A stretch of DNA of 64,000 nt from a virus (IMGVR_UViG_3300046519_000323:1-64000), one strand, 5' to 3'. Positions 53,600-62,628 are shown, counted from the first letter of the stretch. Numbers and translations are program-made. The notes: generated by a model not told the origin, from the letters alone.

Positions 53600-54048
53600 T
53601 ATTCCTCAGTTTGTTCTAGGATTGATTCACGTTTGAACATTGGGATAATAAAAACCTCTTGATCATTTTCGATATCTTTATAACCATCAAAGCCCATATT
53701 TGTAGCGCATTCACCACGGCGAGCTATAACGAAATCATTTGTACCTTTTTCAGCAAACCAATGGTTCCAAACGCTATCGGAACTATTTAAAAGATTTTTG
53801 GCCGTTTCAGATTCAACTTCAAATTCTTCTACAATTACGTTAATCAATTCTTCGTCATAAAGATCACAAGCTTCAACAAAACGCATATTTTCGGCATTGA
53901 TTAAATACTGAATAGGTTCAGCTGTATTTTCTTCATCGTCGTCAACTGGCACTTCATAAACATCTTTTGAGAAAAATAAGCAATCATCATAATTGCCAGA
54001 CATTGTAATTTTTTCAATTTTGCATGGGCTGGTATGAAATAGTTTCAT
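53599..54048 (-). CDS. strongly acidic small protein, candidate anti-defence effector
   Basis: 149 aa; D/E-rich (..VPVDDDEENTAEP.., ..DLYDEELINVIVEEFEVESE..); AGAGGAA SD; first gene of a 2-gene operon. Confidence 0.35.
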   Translation of the reverse strand: MKLFHTSPCKIEKITMSGNYDDCLFFSKDVYEVPVDDDEENTAEPIQYLINAENMRFVEACDLYDEELINVIVEEFEVESETAKNLLNSSDSVWNHWFAEKGTNDFVIARRGECATNMGFDGYKDIENDQEVFIIPMFKRESILEQTEE

Positions 54049-54072
54049 TTTAGATTCCTCTGTTATGGCCCT

Positions 54073-54101
54073 ATCTTAATTCGTGAGCGGTCACGTTGCA
54101 A
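54073..54101 (-). promoter_or_regulatory. promoter TTGCAA-17-TAAGAT with palindrome in the spacer
   Basis: Minus strand TTGCAAcgtgaccgctcacgaatTAAGAT; CGTGA-N4-TCACG at 54082-54095. Confidence 0.6.
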
Positions 54102-54235
54102 GAGAATTTACTAATATTTTTGCTTTTCGTTCTAAATTACTTTAAATGATCAAAATATAGTTTTTAATAACTTTTTCTGATTATTATGCCTGATATACAT
54201 GAAACGTATGTTGATACATAGTGTGTATATTGCTA

Positions 54236-54271
54236 AAACGTGAACCACCCATTCCGGTGGTTCACGTTTTA
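54236..54271. terminator. strong rho-independent terminator (bidirectional look)
   Basis: 12-bp stem ACGTGAACCACC / GGTGGTTCACGT flanked by A4 and T4. Confidence 0.8.
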
Positions 54272-54308
54272 AAATGAATGAGAAGGGTACTTGTACTGAA
54301 AAAATGCG

Positions 54309-56462
54309 TTATAGAAAAATTTCAGGTGGGTACGGCGTGTTGTCTGTTACAGGTTCAAAGTACGTTTCGTTAAGAAAAAAGCCGTTTGGTGCTATTTCTT
54401 TGTCTATGGTCATTGAGTCAAACATTACCTGAGGATATGCCCAAACAAGCTGCTTCATAACGCCCACATCGTTATTATTAACTTTATCGCCTAAAATCCG
54501 TTGCCATATTGGAGGCCGATATTCTTTAGTATCATCAAACCCATATAAATATGCGATTGCTGAATCTGGAACAAAGCCAACTAAATAAGCAACTTTATCG
54601 GCTGGATAATCTAATTCTTCGAGTGGAATTTCATTTACCGCTTGCTTTGTTAAATCAAGACGACCCTCAAGAATCCAATCATATGCCTCCGTCATAATAT
54701 AGTCGAAGTTAGGATATTTATAATGTTCGCTAGGGTAGTTAATATACGTCGCTAGGCTTTCATTATGTGTTCTGATCGATGGAAAAAATATAAGAGGGCA
54801 GACCTTTGCACTCGGATAAATCTGTTTAATCATAGTCCGAATATCACGGCAAGTCTGGCCTAATTTATTTCTTAACCATGTTTTAAACTCATCGTACGGC
54901 GTACCAGTTTTATTAATTGCTTCATATATAGTACCTAAATCGGGTGCATATAAGCCTGTATCAGCATTAAAAGCTAGTCGAGTTTGATAATCATAAACAC
55001 ACGGTAGATTAGTCGCGGTATTAAACCACCACCACGGCTCACCGATCTGCATATTTACCTCACATCCGCCTGTCACCATTGTTGCAGCGAACTCTTTAAA
55101 TGCTTTGTGTAAATAGGCTAGGGCATTAGCATGACATAGGCTGAAGAAATAACTTGGGGGTTCATAACCAGTACGGCCAAGTGCGTCGTTAATGTCGCGT
55201 TGTGCCCAAAACTCATTACCAGCTTGAGAATACATTTCAAAGCTCACGCTGAAAACAGGGGTGAACCCTGCATCGTTTAAGGCTTTTGCATATGCTTCAT
55301 GCCATCGAATTGTGCAAGGGTTTACCACATCCTCATTGGTTACTAATGTGTCGGGTATTTGCCATTTGTTTATAGCTCCATTCCAATACATTTCAGGGTA
55401 GTGAGACATACCACAATAATGATTAATAAAGCCCTGGTACCCAAGTGCTTGCATATTGTCTACAAGGCGTTGAGGGTTCAAATCGTAATGATCGTCGAAG
55501 CTGGTACACATACCCAAATCATGCACAGGTACTTGAACAACTTTAGTAAGCAGCTTGGCCCCAGTGCCGGAAACTTGGGAATTAGTGATTCTTAAGTAGC
55601 CTACTTCCCCCGCTTCTAATGGATAAGGTGCAACTTCTTCAGAAGTTGGCAAGCCGTCTGCCCCTAGAACCTTATTTCCTACGTATGAACTTGTAATACC
55701 AGCGAAAAACATTTGAGTAATTTTATTTACTGGAAATGGTTGATCTGCGTAAAAACCTGCCTTAATTTCATCAAAATTAATGCTGATTGTAGAGGTATGG
55801 CCGACGGGGAAATCAGCATAATTGTATAAAGCAACATATGCCGTTTTTTCTTCACCCTCTTCAATATATTTAATCGTCAGGGTTATGGCTTTTTGCTCGT
55901 CATTTAGTGCCGGCATTGACGGCGAGAGCTCAATATCAAATTCCCATATCAAACCTGAATAATTGAAATTCGATTCATATGCTAATAATTTGTGATCTTT
56001 TTTGTCCTCAGTATCCCATATGATTCCTACTAAATCGTTGCTCATACGTGATTTGAACAAAACCTCGAACCCATTATCGAAGCTTGTAGTTGTAAATGAC
56101 ATTGTTTGAGGACCGTCAACCCGCCAATACTTAGGGTCGAAGCGATCAATAAATTTGGTACCTATCCTTAATTGAGGGGTAGTTTGACTGGCTGAGTCAG
56201 TTATTCGTAGAACCTGCAAGCTGTTTATGCCCGTGTTTAAAGCATCTTGAACGGCAGCATAATCTAAATTTCTTGGGTCATAGCCGAGCACGGTACGTAT
56301 GTTTTTAGCAGTTATATTCATTGGCCTATCAAAACGGCCACGTCTGAATTTACCTACATAAACATCATTTATCAGTTGTGAGTCCTTGGAACTAGAAGAG
56401 TCTCTAGTTCCTTGGTACTGAATACCCGCCTCAGGCCCTAATAGGGTCGTTTTGTGTGGCAT
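54309..56462 (-). CDS. tail-associated protein, family member 2, with large C-terminal TIM-barrel/glycosidase-like region
   Basis: 717 aa; N-terminus MPHKTTLLGPEAGIQYQGTRD..VGKFRRGRFDRPMNITAKNIRTVLGYDPRNLDYAAVQDALNTGINSLQVLRI; C-part with FSVSFEMY and IGEPWWWF strand-end Glu candidates (inference). Confidence 0.5.
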   Translation of the reverse strand: MPHKTTLLGPEAGIQYQGTRDSSSSKDSQLINDVYVGKFRRGRFDRPMNITAKNIRTVLGYDPRNLDYAAVQDALNTGINSLQVLRITDSASQTTPQLRIGTKFIDRFDPKYWRVDGPQTMSFTTTSFDNGFEVLFKSRMSNDLVGIIWDTEDKKDHKLLAYESNFNYSGLIWEFDIELSPSMPALNDEQKAITLTIKYIEEGEEKTAYVALYNYADFPVGHTSTISINFDEIKAGFYADQPFPVNKITQMFFAGITSSYVGNKVLGADGLPTSEEVAPYPLEAGEVGYLRITNSQVSGTGAKLLTKVVQVPVHDLGMCTSFDDHYDLNPQRLVDNMQALGYQGFINHYCGMSHYPEMYWNGAINKWQIPDTLVTNEDVVNPCTIRWHEAYAKALNDAGFTPVFSVSFEMYSQAGNEFWAQRDINDALGRTGYEPPSYFFSLCHANALAYLHKAFKEFAATMVTGGCEVNMQIGEPWWWFNTATNLPCVYDYQTRLAFNADTGLYAPDLGTIYEAINKTGTPYDEFKTWLRNKLGQTCRDIRTMIKQIYPSAKVCPLIFFPSIRTHNESLATYINYPSEHYKYPNFDYIMTEAYDWILEGRLDLTKQAVNEIPLEELDYPADKVAYLVGFVPDSAIAYLYGFDDTKEYRPPIWQRILGDKVNNNDVGVMKQLVWAYPQVMFDSMTIDKEIAPNGFFLNETYFEPVTDNTPYPPEIFL

Positions 56463-56474
56463 CAGTATTTCTCA

Positions 56475-57152
56475 TTATGCAGCTGGTGCTAGACAGAAAG
56501 CTAAATATTCAGGGTCAGGTCCAATTGAGCCTTGATACATTGCTGAAGGGTTAATAGGCATCTCGAATACATTTGGCGTGCTCGCATCAATAACTTCAAT
56601 TTTGATTCGCACATAATTAGATGACGTATTCTCAAAACGAGCTCCCACAGCCAAGTCATATCGGCCATTCACATTAGCTACAGGCTGCCAAGCTTCATCA
56701 ACGGGTGTAAATACAACCCCGTGAACTAGCATTAACCAATCTTTGAAAGAATCATCTCTGAAAATATTAGAATTTCCAAATAAGACATCATTTACAAATG
56801 CTCTATAAGTTCCGCCGTCAGTAAGAATTTGAGCTCCCATTTTTGAGGTGGCATCAGCACAGCCAATAGGAATCCCCTCATAACGGTTAATAATACGCAT
56901 CACTTGAATACTTGGTACGCCAGTATCTAGCGCATCTTGAACAGACACATAGTCTAAATTTTTAGGATCATAACCTAAAAGACCTCGGATATTTGATTTG
57001 GTGATTGTCATGGGGCGATCTAAACGACCGCGTTTAAAAAACCCCACAACCATATTATTGATAGGAGCGGCACCCGTAGTACCAGTTTTGTCTTGAGTTC
57101 CTTGGTATTGAATACCCGGTTCGTTTCCGATAATTTTCGTAATGTGTGGCAT
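56475..57152 (-). CDS. tail-associated protein, family member 3
   Basis: 225 aa; N-terminal 88 aa about 90% identical in protein and roughly 80% in DNA to 1388..2068. Confidence 0.6.
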   Translation of the reverse strand: MPHITKIIGNEPGIQYQGTQDKTGTTGAAPINNMVVGFFKRGRLDRPMTITKSNIRGLLGYDPKNLDYVSVQDALDTGVPSIQVMRIINRYEGIPIGCADATSKMGAQILTDGGTYRAFVNDVLFGNSNIFRDDSFKDWLMLVHGVVFTPVDEAWQPVANVNGRYDLAVGARFENTSSNYVRIKIEVIDASTPNVFEMPINPSAMYQGSIGPDPEYLAFCLAPAA

Positions 57153-57241
57153 GAAATAACTTTCTAGATTAGTGAACTTATAATAATTTTAGGTCTTTTC
57201 TATTTTTGTACTTTTGATTATTCCTATTGAAAAGTAGAGTT

Positions 57242-57267
57242 AAAAAAAACAGGTTTTACCTGTTTTT
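57242..57267. terminator. rho-independent terminator
   Basis: ACAGGT TTT ACCTGT flanked by A8 and T5. Confidence 0.7.
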
Positions 57268-57292
57268 GAAATTTTTGAGTCAGCTTGTACGC

Positions 57293-57580
57293 TTATCGCT
57301 CTTTCCATTGGGTGATATCGATCTCTATTGCCTCTTTTGGATTAAAAGTTATATTTCCTTCGGTGGAAGCTGTAATTTTTCTAAAGCCACTATGTATAAA
57401 ACAATAGATAAATCCATCTTGTTTATCAGCTATTTGCCAAGTTTCGCCATATGCATAATGTCCAAAACGACCAGCCCAGCCACAATTTAGGTAGTCAAAA
57501 AAGAAATCATACATTTTTTCTAAATCATCTGTTTCTTTGGCTGGTAGTCTTACTTTAAAAAGATTGGGTAAATTGTTCAC
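57293..57580 (-). CDS. hypothetical protein between tail-associated paralogs
   Basis: 95-aa ORF; position suggests a fibre chaperone, but no motif supports it. Confidence 0.45.
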   Translation of the reverse strand: MNNLPNLFKVRLPAKETDDLEKMYDFFFDYLNCGWAGRFGHYAYGETWQIADKQDGFIYCFIHSGFRKITASTEGNITFNPKEAIEIDITQWKER

Positions 57581-57629
57581 TCAATACTTCCTTACTTAAA
57601 TTTTGTTTTAAAGTTTCTCTCAGTTAAGT

Positions 57630-58487
57630 CTACACAATTTTAAAGATTTTACCTGTTTGATTTACTTTATCAAAAGCAAGTTTGGCGACTATTACGCCTT
57701 CTGTTTGTGTTGAGTCCTTTGTTGCAGTTGTATTGTGGTCCATTACTATTTGTTGAACCACTACACCGCCTTCATTTGTAAAGTTCACGCCATTACTTAT
57801 CATGGTACCACCTTTGTAGGTAGTGAATTGAATTTGAAAATTTCCATTCACAAGGGTCCTATACCAAAAAGCTTTAAGTGTGATTTCGAAATCATTTACA
57901 TTGCCGTAATCAGCTGCAAGGCGCTGAAGATTTACTAAAATATCTTCTCCCCCTGTTGCTGTATTGTCCCCGCCCCAAGTTAAATAATCTGAATCGATAT
58001 TAGCTTTATTCCAGCCAACGACGATATTACGCGCTGGCAATGTAATCGATGTGCGTGTATCAAGATCAAGCCCCCCACTTTCTGCCCATTCATAGCTTAT
58101 AACAGCATAATCAAAAGCTAGGATAGGCGTAGTGTTAGGGTCTTCAGGTTGGGGCTCTGGTTGGGGTTCCGGTTCAGGCTCTTCAAGTATTTCTGAAAAA
58201 TCTTTCTCAACATAAATACGAAATACAGAAAGCTTCTCTATTCCTGTTTCTAAAGCATCTAAGACGGCGATGTAATCTGGATTCCATGGCTCATGACCCA
58301 ATAAACCGCGTACATTCGCATTTGTAATAGTCATGGGTTTATCTAAACGGCCACGTTTAAAACTGCCGATCAAAACGTTATTGATAGGCGGTTTGTCATT
58401 GATATCTTCATCAATTGTGAAACCCCGATTTTGAACACCTGACTCATTTTCTAGGTTTTCAGAATAAATATTCATGTTGATTACCAA
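57630..58487 (-). CDS. tail-associated protein, family member 4
   Basis: 285 aa; ..PPINNVLIGSFKRGRLDKPMTITNANVRGLLGHEPWNPDYIAVLDALETGIEKLSVFRI, then an (EP/QP) linker and a unique C-terminus. Confidence 0.55.
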   Translation of the reverse strand: MVINMNIYSENLENESGVQNRGFTIDEDINDKPPINNVLIGSFKRGRLDKPMTITNANVRGLLGHEPWNPDYIAVLDALETGIEKLSVFRIYVEKDFSEILEEPEPEPQPEPQPEDPNTTPILAFDYAVISYEWAESGGLDLDTRTSITLPARNIVVGWNKANIDSDYLTWGGDNTATGGEDILVNLQRLAADYGNVNDFEITLKAFWYRTLVNGNFQIQFTTYKGGTMISNGVNFTNEGGVVVQQIVMDHNTTATKDSTQTEGVIVAKLAFDKVNQTGKIFKIV

Positions 58488-58518
58488 AACTTCGCCCTGA
58501 ATTACCAGGGCGATTTTA

Positions 58519-59130
58519 TTAAGATACGAAGAGTTGTTTTTCAGCTTGTCGGCGGTTCATTAGACCAGGGATTTTATGGCCTGCATCAAAAACCCAGCGG
58601 TCGAACTGTTCAGCTGCAGCCCGTCCCTGATTTGCATTGATTAAACGAAGCATTGTGCTTTTGGTGAATTGAGTTTCACCCACGTTGTAAACAAAACTTG
58701 CTAAGGCGTCGAATTGGTTTTGTGTAATACGCACTGTCACATATCGATCAAGACAAGCATCTACCCAACGACAATCATTAATGAGCCATTGTGAAGCTTG
58801 CTCTTCAGTGCATTTATCCCCTTTTGCTACTGCACGGCCATCAGGGTATTTAATGGTACCGTAACCAATTGTCCAAACCCCACCCGTATCTAAATATCCA
58901 TCAGTTCGGAAACCTTCTAATTTCTTAATTAAGGAATACCCACGGGCAGAAATGTCACGTTGGCCTGTGATTCCCCCAAAGGTATAATTAATTGATCTTG
59001 CAAAAGTATCGAGTCCCACTGCTGCAATGATTTGATCACCTGCAATTACCTGATCTTGTCTTAATGTTCCGCCCGACATTGCTTTTAACCACGAAAATGC
59101 CGCTGCAATTTGTTCTTTATCTGCGCTCAT
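58519..59130 (-). CDS. endolysin, GH24 T4/lambda-type lysozyme
   Basis: 203 aa; E-x8-D-x5-T triad in KKLEGFRTDGYLDTGGVWTIGYG; about 65-aa N-terminal extension. Confidence 0.85.
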   Translation of the reverse strand: MSADKEQIAAAFSWLKAMSGGTLRQDQVIAGDQIIAAVGLDTFARSINYTFGGITGQRDISARGYSLIKKLEGFRTDGYLDTGGVWTIGYGTIKYPDGRAVAKGDKCTEEQASQWLINDCRWVDACLDRYVTVRITQNQFDALASFVYNVGETQFTKSTMLRLINANQGRAAAEQFDRWVFDAGHKIPGLMNRRQAEKQLFVS

Positions 59131-59411
59131 GAATCACATCCTTCCATTTTTTGAAAATAAGCGGTGAGGTAGTGAATAAATAACGCAACTAAAAGAATCA
59201 AAATTAAAGAAATTCCAAGTGAATATTTATTAACGATAAAACTGCTAGAAGCTAAAATAATTAAAACTACTATCCAGCTTCTTTTACAATTCGCCGTGTA
59301 GATAATACGGCTTGGTAATAATGTACAAATAAATGTGATTATGATGGCAGTTAAGCAAACTATATTTTTGATTAAATAAATATCCATATTATTAACCCTC
59401 ACGGTTATCAT
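59127..59411 (-). CDS. holin-like membrane protein
   Basis: 94 aa, three TM segments, 4-nt overlap with the endolysin start. Confidence 0.55.
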   Translation of the reverse strand: MITVRVNNMDIYLIKNIVCLTAIIITFICTLLPSRIIYTANCKRSWIVVLIILASSSFIVNKYSLGISLILILLVALFIHYLTAYFQKMEGCDS

Positions 59412-59898
59412 TTTGCTTAAATGATTTCTTAATCTTTTTTAGGTCTGCGTCAGTTACAAAAAGACGTAGGCCCGTAAACTTAATTGCACCTGCATGAACT
59501 AAATGAATAATGGCGGGTGATACAAAAGAAACCCCTGCAACCCATATAATGACTGCAGGGGTAATATTGTTCTCAGTATGAATGTAATAGACAAAAGCTA
59601 AAAAACCGCCCGTCATTGAAATCAGGAGTTTAATTGGCTTAGGTATTGGTTTCGCACCATACTCAGGCGTTGGAAAAAAATAACCTATTGTTGTCCCGCA
59701 AATTAAAACAAAAATGCAGGCTAACGTTAAAATAAAATCGCTATGACTAGCAGTAGATTGTCGAAGGGCTTCATTCGTTAAGAATGCCGCCCCCTTAGGG
59801 TTTTTATCGAGAGCGGCAAAAGCAGCTTCAGTACATGGCAAAAATAGCCATACTACTCGCCACATCAGCGCTAACGAAAATTTAAGAACATCGCTCAT
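59392..59898 (-). CDS. membrane protein (possible holin/antiholin partner)
   Basis: 168 aa, about four TM segments. Confidence 0.45.
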   Translation of the reverse strand: MSDVLKFSLALMWRVVWLFLPCTEAAFAALDKNPKGAAFLTNEALRQSTASHSDFILTLACIFVLICGTTIGYFFPTPEYGAKPIPKPIKLLISMTGGFLAFVYYIHTENNITPAVIIWVAGVSFVSPAIIHLVHAGAIKFTGLRLFVTDADLKKIKKSFKQNDNREG

Positions 59899-59908
59899 AT
59901 ATACTCAC

Positions 59909-60175
59909 TTATTTGGTGAATCCTGCAGCGGCGGCCAGCATGCAAGATAATTCTGAGTACATTTGAGCATCTTTCTTTAAAGCTTCTTTTTTAAGTTTCC
60001 ATGCTGGGCTTTCGTAATATTCATCAATGAAATAAAACGGCAACTCTAAAACGTCATTCAGTTTGATATCACTATCAAGACTGAACTGTTGAATTTTCTT
60101 GTACCAGGATTGAATAGAGTTCTCTTGTTGGGCCTGTGATTGCTGAAGTAGCGCGAAATCGTACGGGTGCATCAT
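59909..60175 (-). CDS. hypothetical protein
   Basis: 88-aa ORF with GGGGG SD; overlaps the upstream ORF by about 100 nt. Confidence 0.45.
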   Translation of the reverse strand: MMHPYDFALLQQSQAQQENSIQSWYKKIQQFSLDSDIKLNDVLELPFYFIDEYYESPAWKLKKEALKKDAQMYSELSCMLAAAAGFTK

Positions 60176-60806
60176 CTGTACCCCCGTTATTAACCTTATT
60201 TAAAACGATTCCATTTGAATAAGAGATATCGACCAGCGTATTTAACTGATTTCTTACATATGAAAATTTATTGAATAGATCATTAAATATAACTTGATCT
60301 AGTGAGAGTAAAGTTTCAGATCGGCTTTGAATAATCTTGCAGGTAAAATCTAAAGTCTTTTGCGGGGGTAATGCGGGTAAACCTTCAATATCATCGCATC
60401 CGATTTGTAACGCCATTGCTCCAATAATCCAATCAGCCGTATTTTCACAACCCAGCTCAAGCGCTTCAGCTTCTAGCCCCGTTAAATGTCTTGCTGAAAT
60501 ACCATTCTCTTCTATTCGTTTGCTAGAAAAGTTACTTAAATCACCATTTAGATATTCAGAAATATCAATAGACCGATCTAAGTTTTTATCTTCAATAAAA
60601 TTCAAGTATTTCAGGAAAATTGCATAACGTTCACTTACCGTTAAATCACCTGGTACAACCTCAGGCCCCAATATTGAAGATAATGCTTTACTTAGCATTG
60701 CTTCGTAGTGATTTGCTTTGATTTTTGCCATGTCCAAAATATCACTACAAATAAGATGGCCGAACTTATAAAGACGGCCAGCAATTTTGTCTTGAAAATT
60801 ACTCAT
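60075..60806 (-). CDS. hypothetical protein
   Basis: 243-aa ORF. Confidence 0.5.
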   Translation of the reverse strand: MSNFQDKIAGRLYKFGHLICSDILDMAKIKANHYEAMLSKALSSILGPEVVPGDLTVSERYAIFLKYLNFIEDKNLDRSIDISEYLNGDLSNFSSKRIEENGISARHLTGLEAEALELGCENTADWIIGAMALQIGCDDIEGLPALPPQKTLDFTCKIIQSRSETLLSLDQVIFNDLFNKFSYVRNQLNTLVDISYSNGIVLNKVNNGGTDDAPVRFRATSAITGPTRELYSILVQENSTVQS

Positions 60807-60811
60807 TAAAA

Positions 60812-61585
60812 TTACTCACTATATAACGATGAAATATTGTTTTTGTCCCATGCCTGTCTGCTTAAGAAAGTAACTTGCGTGGTGACAAACATACGGTTGC
60901 CGTCCTCATCCTTGGGTGTAGTCAGAGGCTCAGAATAGGATTGAATTAATAAAGGAGCGTAGCGTTTACCGCCGTAATACACCGCAACAAAAGGCGGTAC
61001 CAATGACGGGAAAAGCGACTGCAGAGACTTATCTTGTGCAAAGTTTGCTAGAAGTGACTGGTCGCTTAAAGACTCGGGCAATGTCCATTGTTTTAATAAA
61101 TCTAGCTGGTCTTCAACTTCAGTTTTTGCATCTGCCCATGCTTCGAAATGTAGGGAAAGAGGCAGTGTTAAAGCCCCTGTAGAAACATAGATTTGAGTTG
61201 AGTTTTCTTTTGTAAGGTTACTACGGCCAGTTAAGGAATTAAGACTTTCCTTTTTATCATCGCTCATTTCAATGCCGATTGAACCTAAAACACTATCGAG
61301 TGTTTCTACCCATTGCCCTGATTGCAGCTGACCCATAAGTGTCGGTAGTTTTTGTTCAGGATTGGAATTTTCAAAGGGCGTTGAATACTGGTTTTCAATG
61401 GTGAGATCACCATCAATACCCAGTGCGGAAACTTGATCTGATTCTTCTAAAAGTTTGCCATCTTTATCACAACGGCGAATACGAACGATTAAATGTTCAT
61501 TAATCTTTCCGTATTGGGATTTATTTTGATATTTGGGGGCCTGAGTAGGGGTATTTTGAGGCTCTGCAGGTAGTTTGTAAGCCAT
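60812..61585 (-). CDS. hypothetical protein
   Basis: 257-aa ORF. Confidence 0.5.
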   Translation of the reverse strand: MAYKLPAEPQNTPTQAPKYQNKSQYGKINEHLIVRIRRCDKDGKLLEESDQVSALGIDGDLTIENQYSTPFENSNPEQKLPTLMGQLQSGQWVETLDSVLGSIGIEMSDDKKESLNSLTGRSNLTKENSTQIYVSTGALTLPLSLHFEAWADAKTEVEDQLDLLKQWTLPESLSDQSLLANFAQDKSLQSLFPSLVPPFVAVYYGGKRYAPLLIQSYSEPLTTPKDEDGNRMFVTTQVTFLSRQAWDKNNISSLYSE

Positions 61586-61656
61586 AGGAAACCGAAAATA
61601 AGAGAATTAAGCTTATTTTATCGGTCCCCTATTTATTGAAATTTTTAGAGTTCCAT

Positions 61657-61992
61657 CTATTTTTTAACGTATTCAGGAAAATCTATTAGAATCTCTTTGC
61701 AGAGTTTATCTTTTCCAACTTCTGCACGACGCTCATCAAATTGGCTCATACCAAATTTAATAACTTCCTGACTATATTTATCCCCTAATTCGTGTTTTGT
61801 GCATTTTGCTGCATCAGTGGTTAGCGACTTAGCGTAATAGCGATAATTACATGTAAATTGTGCTCTGCTCATAAATCCATGAAGTGCTACAGCTTGTTCG
61901 CAATATGTCGGCTCTTTACCATTTTTAGGCTCTAAAGCGTGAGTTAATGGAATAGTAAATAAAGCTAAAGTAATCACAAAAATTAAACGCAT
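61657..61992 (-). CDS. secreted small protein
   Basis: 111 aa; signal peptide MRLIFVITLALFTIPLTHA. Confidence 0.5.
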   Translation of the reverse strand: MRLIFVITLALFTIPLTHALEPKNGKEPTYCEQAVALHGFMSRAQFTCNYRYYAKSLTTDAAKCTKHELGDKYSQEVIKFGMSQFDERRAEVGKDKLCKEILIDFPEYVKK

Positions 61993-62082
61993 GATTTCCC
62001 CTTTTATGTGGTTTAAATTTATATTGAGCTAGTAATTGTTCGCGTATTTAATATTAATTGTTTTTTAGTGTCTATTAATAAT

Positions 62083-62106
62083 AAAAAAAGAGGGTAAATA
62101 CCCTCT
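62083..62106 (-). terminator. rho-independent terminator
   Basis: AGAGGGTA / TACCCTCT stem with T7 on the minus strand. Confidence 0.7.
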
Positions 62107-62129
62107 CTTAATGAAAACTAAATCACATT

Positions 62130-62366
62130 TTATGCATCTTCAACAATTTTAACTGTTTCGCCAGCGCCACAATTTAAACAATGAGTATAAACACCATTAC
62201 ATAAAGTTTCTGTCCACTCGCCATCTATTTTAAAGTTTTCAGGAAACTCTGATTCAGGTAATGTTTGTGAATTAAATGTATTTGAATGAGGTGCAACACC
62301 GAAATAAGGAAAGATAGAATCCCCATTACCATCATCACAGTGTTCACAACATTTACTTTCGCTCAT
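62130..62366 (-). CDS. hypothetical Cys-rich protein
   Basis: Start moved to MSESKCCEHC (GGAG SD); the longest frame starts at 62420. Confidence 0.45.
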   Translation of the reverse strand: MSESKCCEHCDDGNGDSIFPYFGVAPHSNTFNSQTLPESEFPENFKIDGEWTETLCNGVYTHCLNCGAGETVKIVEDA

Positions 62367-62562
62367 CAGCGATATACTCCATTTCCCAAGTTGGGTGAAA
62401 ATAGTTTGATCTTTTTTCACCCTCGAGCCTAATTGTTAAATGCATTGTGCCATCAGTACGTGTACCTGTGATGACACCTTGTTTACCCTCGGCAATTACA
62501 CGCATGCCGCGCTTTGCTGGTACACCGTACATTTTACGTATTGCTTCCATTGTGCCTTTCAT
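62353..62562 (-). CDS. hypothetical protein
   Basis: 69-aa ORF with AGGGGGA SD. Confidence 0.5.
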   Translation of the reverse strand: MKGTMEAIRKMYGVPAKRGMRVIAEGKQGVITGTRTDGTMHLTIRLEGEKRSNYFHPTWEMEYIADERK

Positions 62563-62595
62563 AACATTCCCCCTAATAATTTATGTCACCCTTAT

Positions 62596-62628
62596 GTGCC
62601 ACATGTATGTGTCACATACATGTGGCAC
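62596..62628. repeat. perfect 33-bp palindrome (16-bp arms)
   Basis: GTGCCACATGTATGTG t CACATACATGTGGCAC between 62637..63125 and 62353..62562. Confidence 0.85.

Noticed and set aside
52580-58487. Serine recombinase as a Cin/Gin-type invertase switching the nearby tail-associated genes (shufflon-like host-range switch)
   Set aside because: All three neighbouring paralogs are complete genes with their own N-termini and starts, in the same orientation. I found no inverted crossover repeats flanking them. A two-gene operon and strong terminators separate the recombinase from the cassette, and its position next to parA fits multimer resolution.
59909-60806. The roughly 100-nt overlap of ORFs 60075..60806 and 59909..60175 as a programmed frameshift (tail-chaperone G/GT style)
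   Set aside because: The downstream frame is +1 relative to the upstream one, whereas the chaperone type uses -1. There is no X XXY YYZ slippery heptamer. The downstream ORF has its own GGGGG SD and ATG, and the tape-measure-like gene is not adjacent.
62596-62628. The 33-bp palindrome as an N15-type telomere resolution site
   Set aside because: No protelomerase-like gene is in the window. The palindrome has odd length with an unpaired centre and is shorter than known tel sites. The element also has an iteron/ParA plasmid kit typical of circular replicons. It is kept as a finding with other interpretations.
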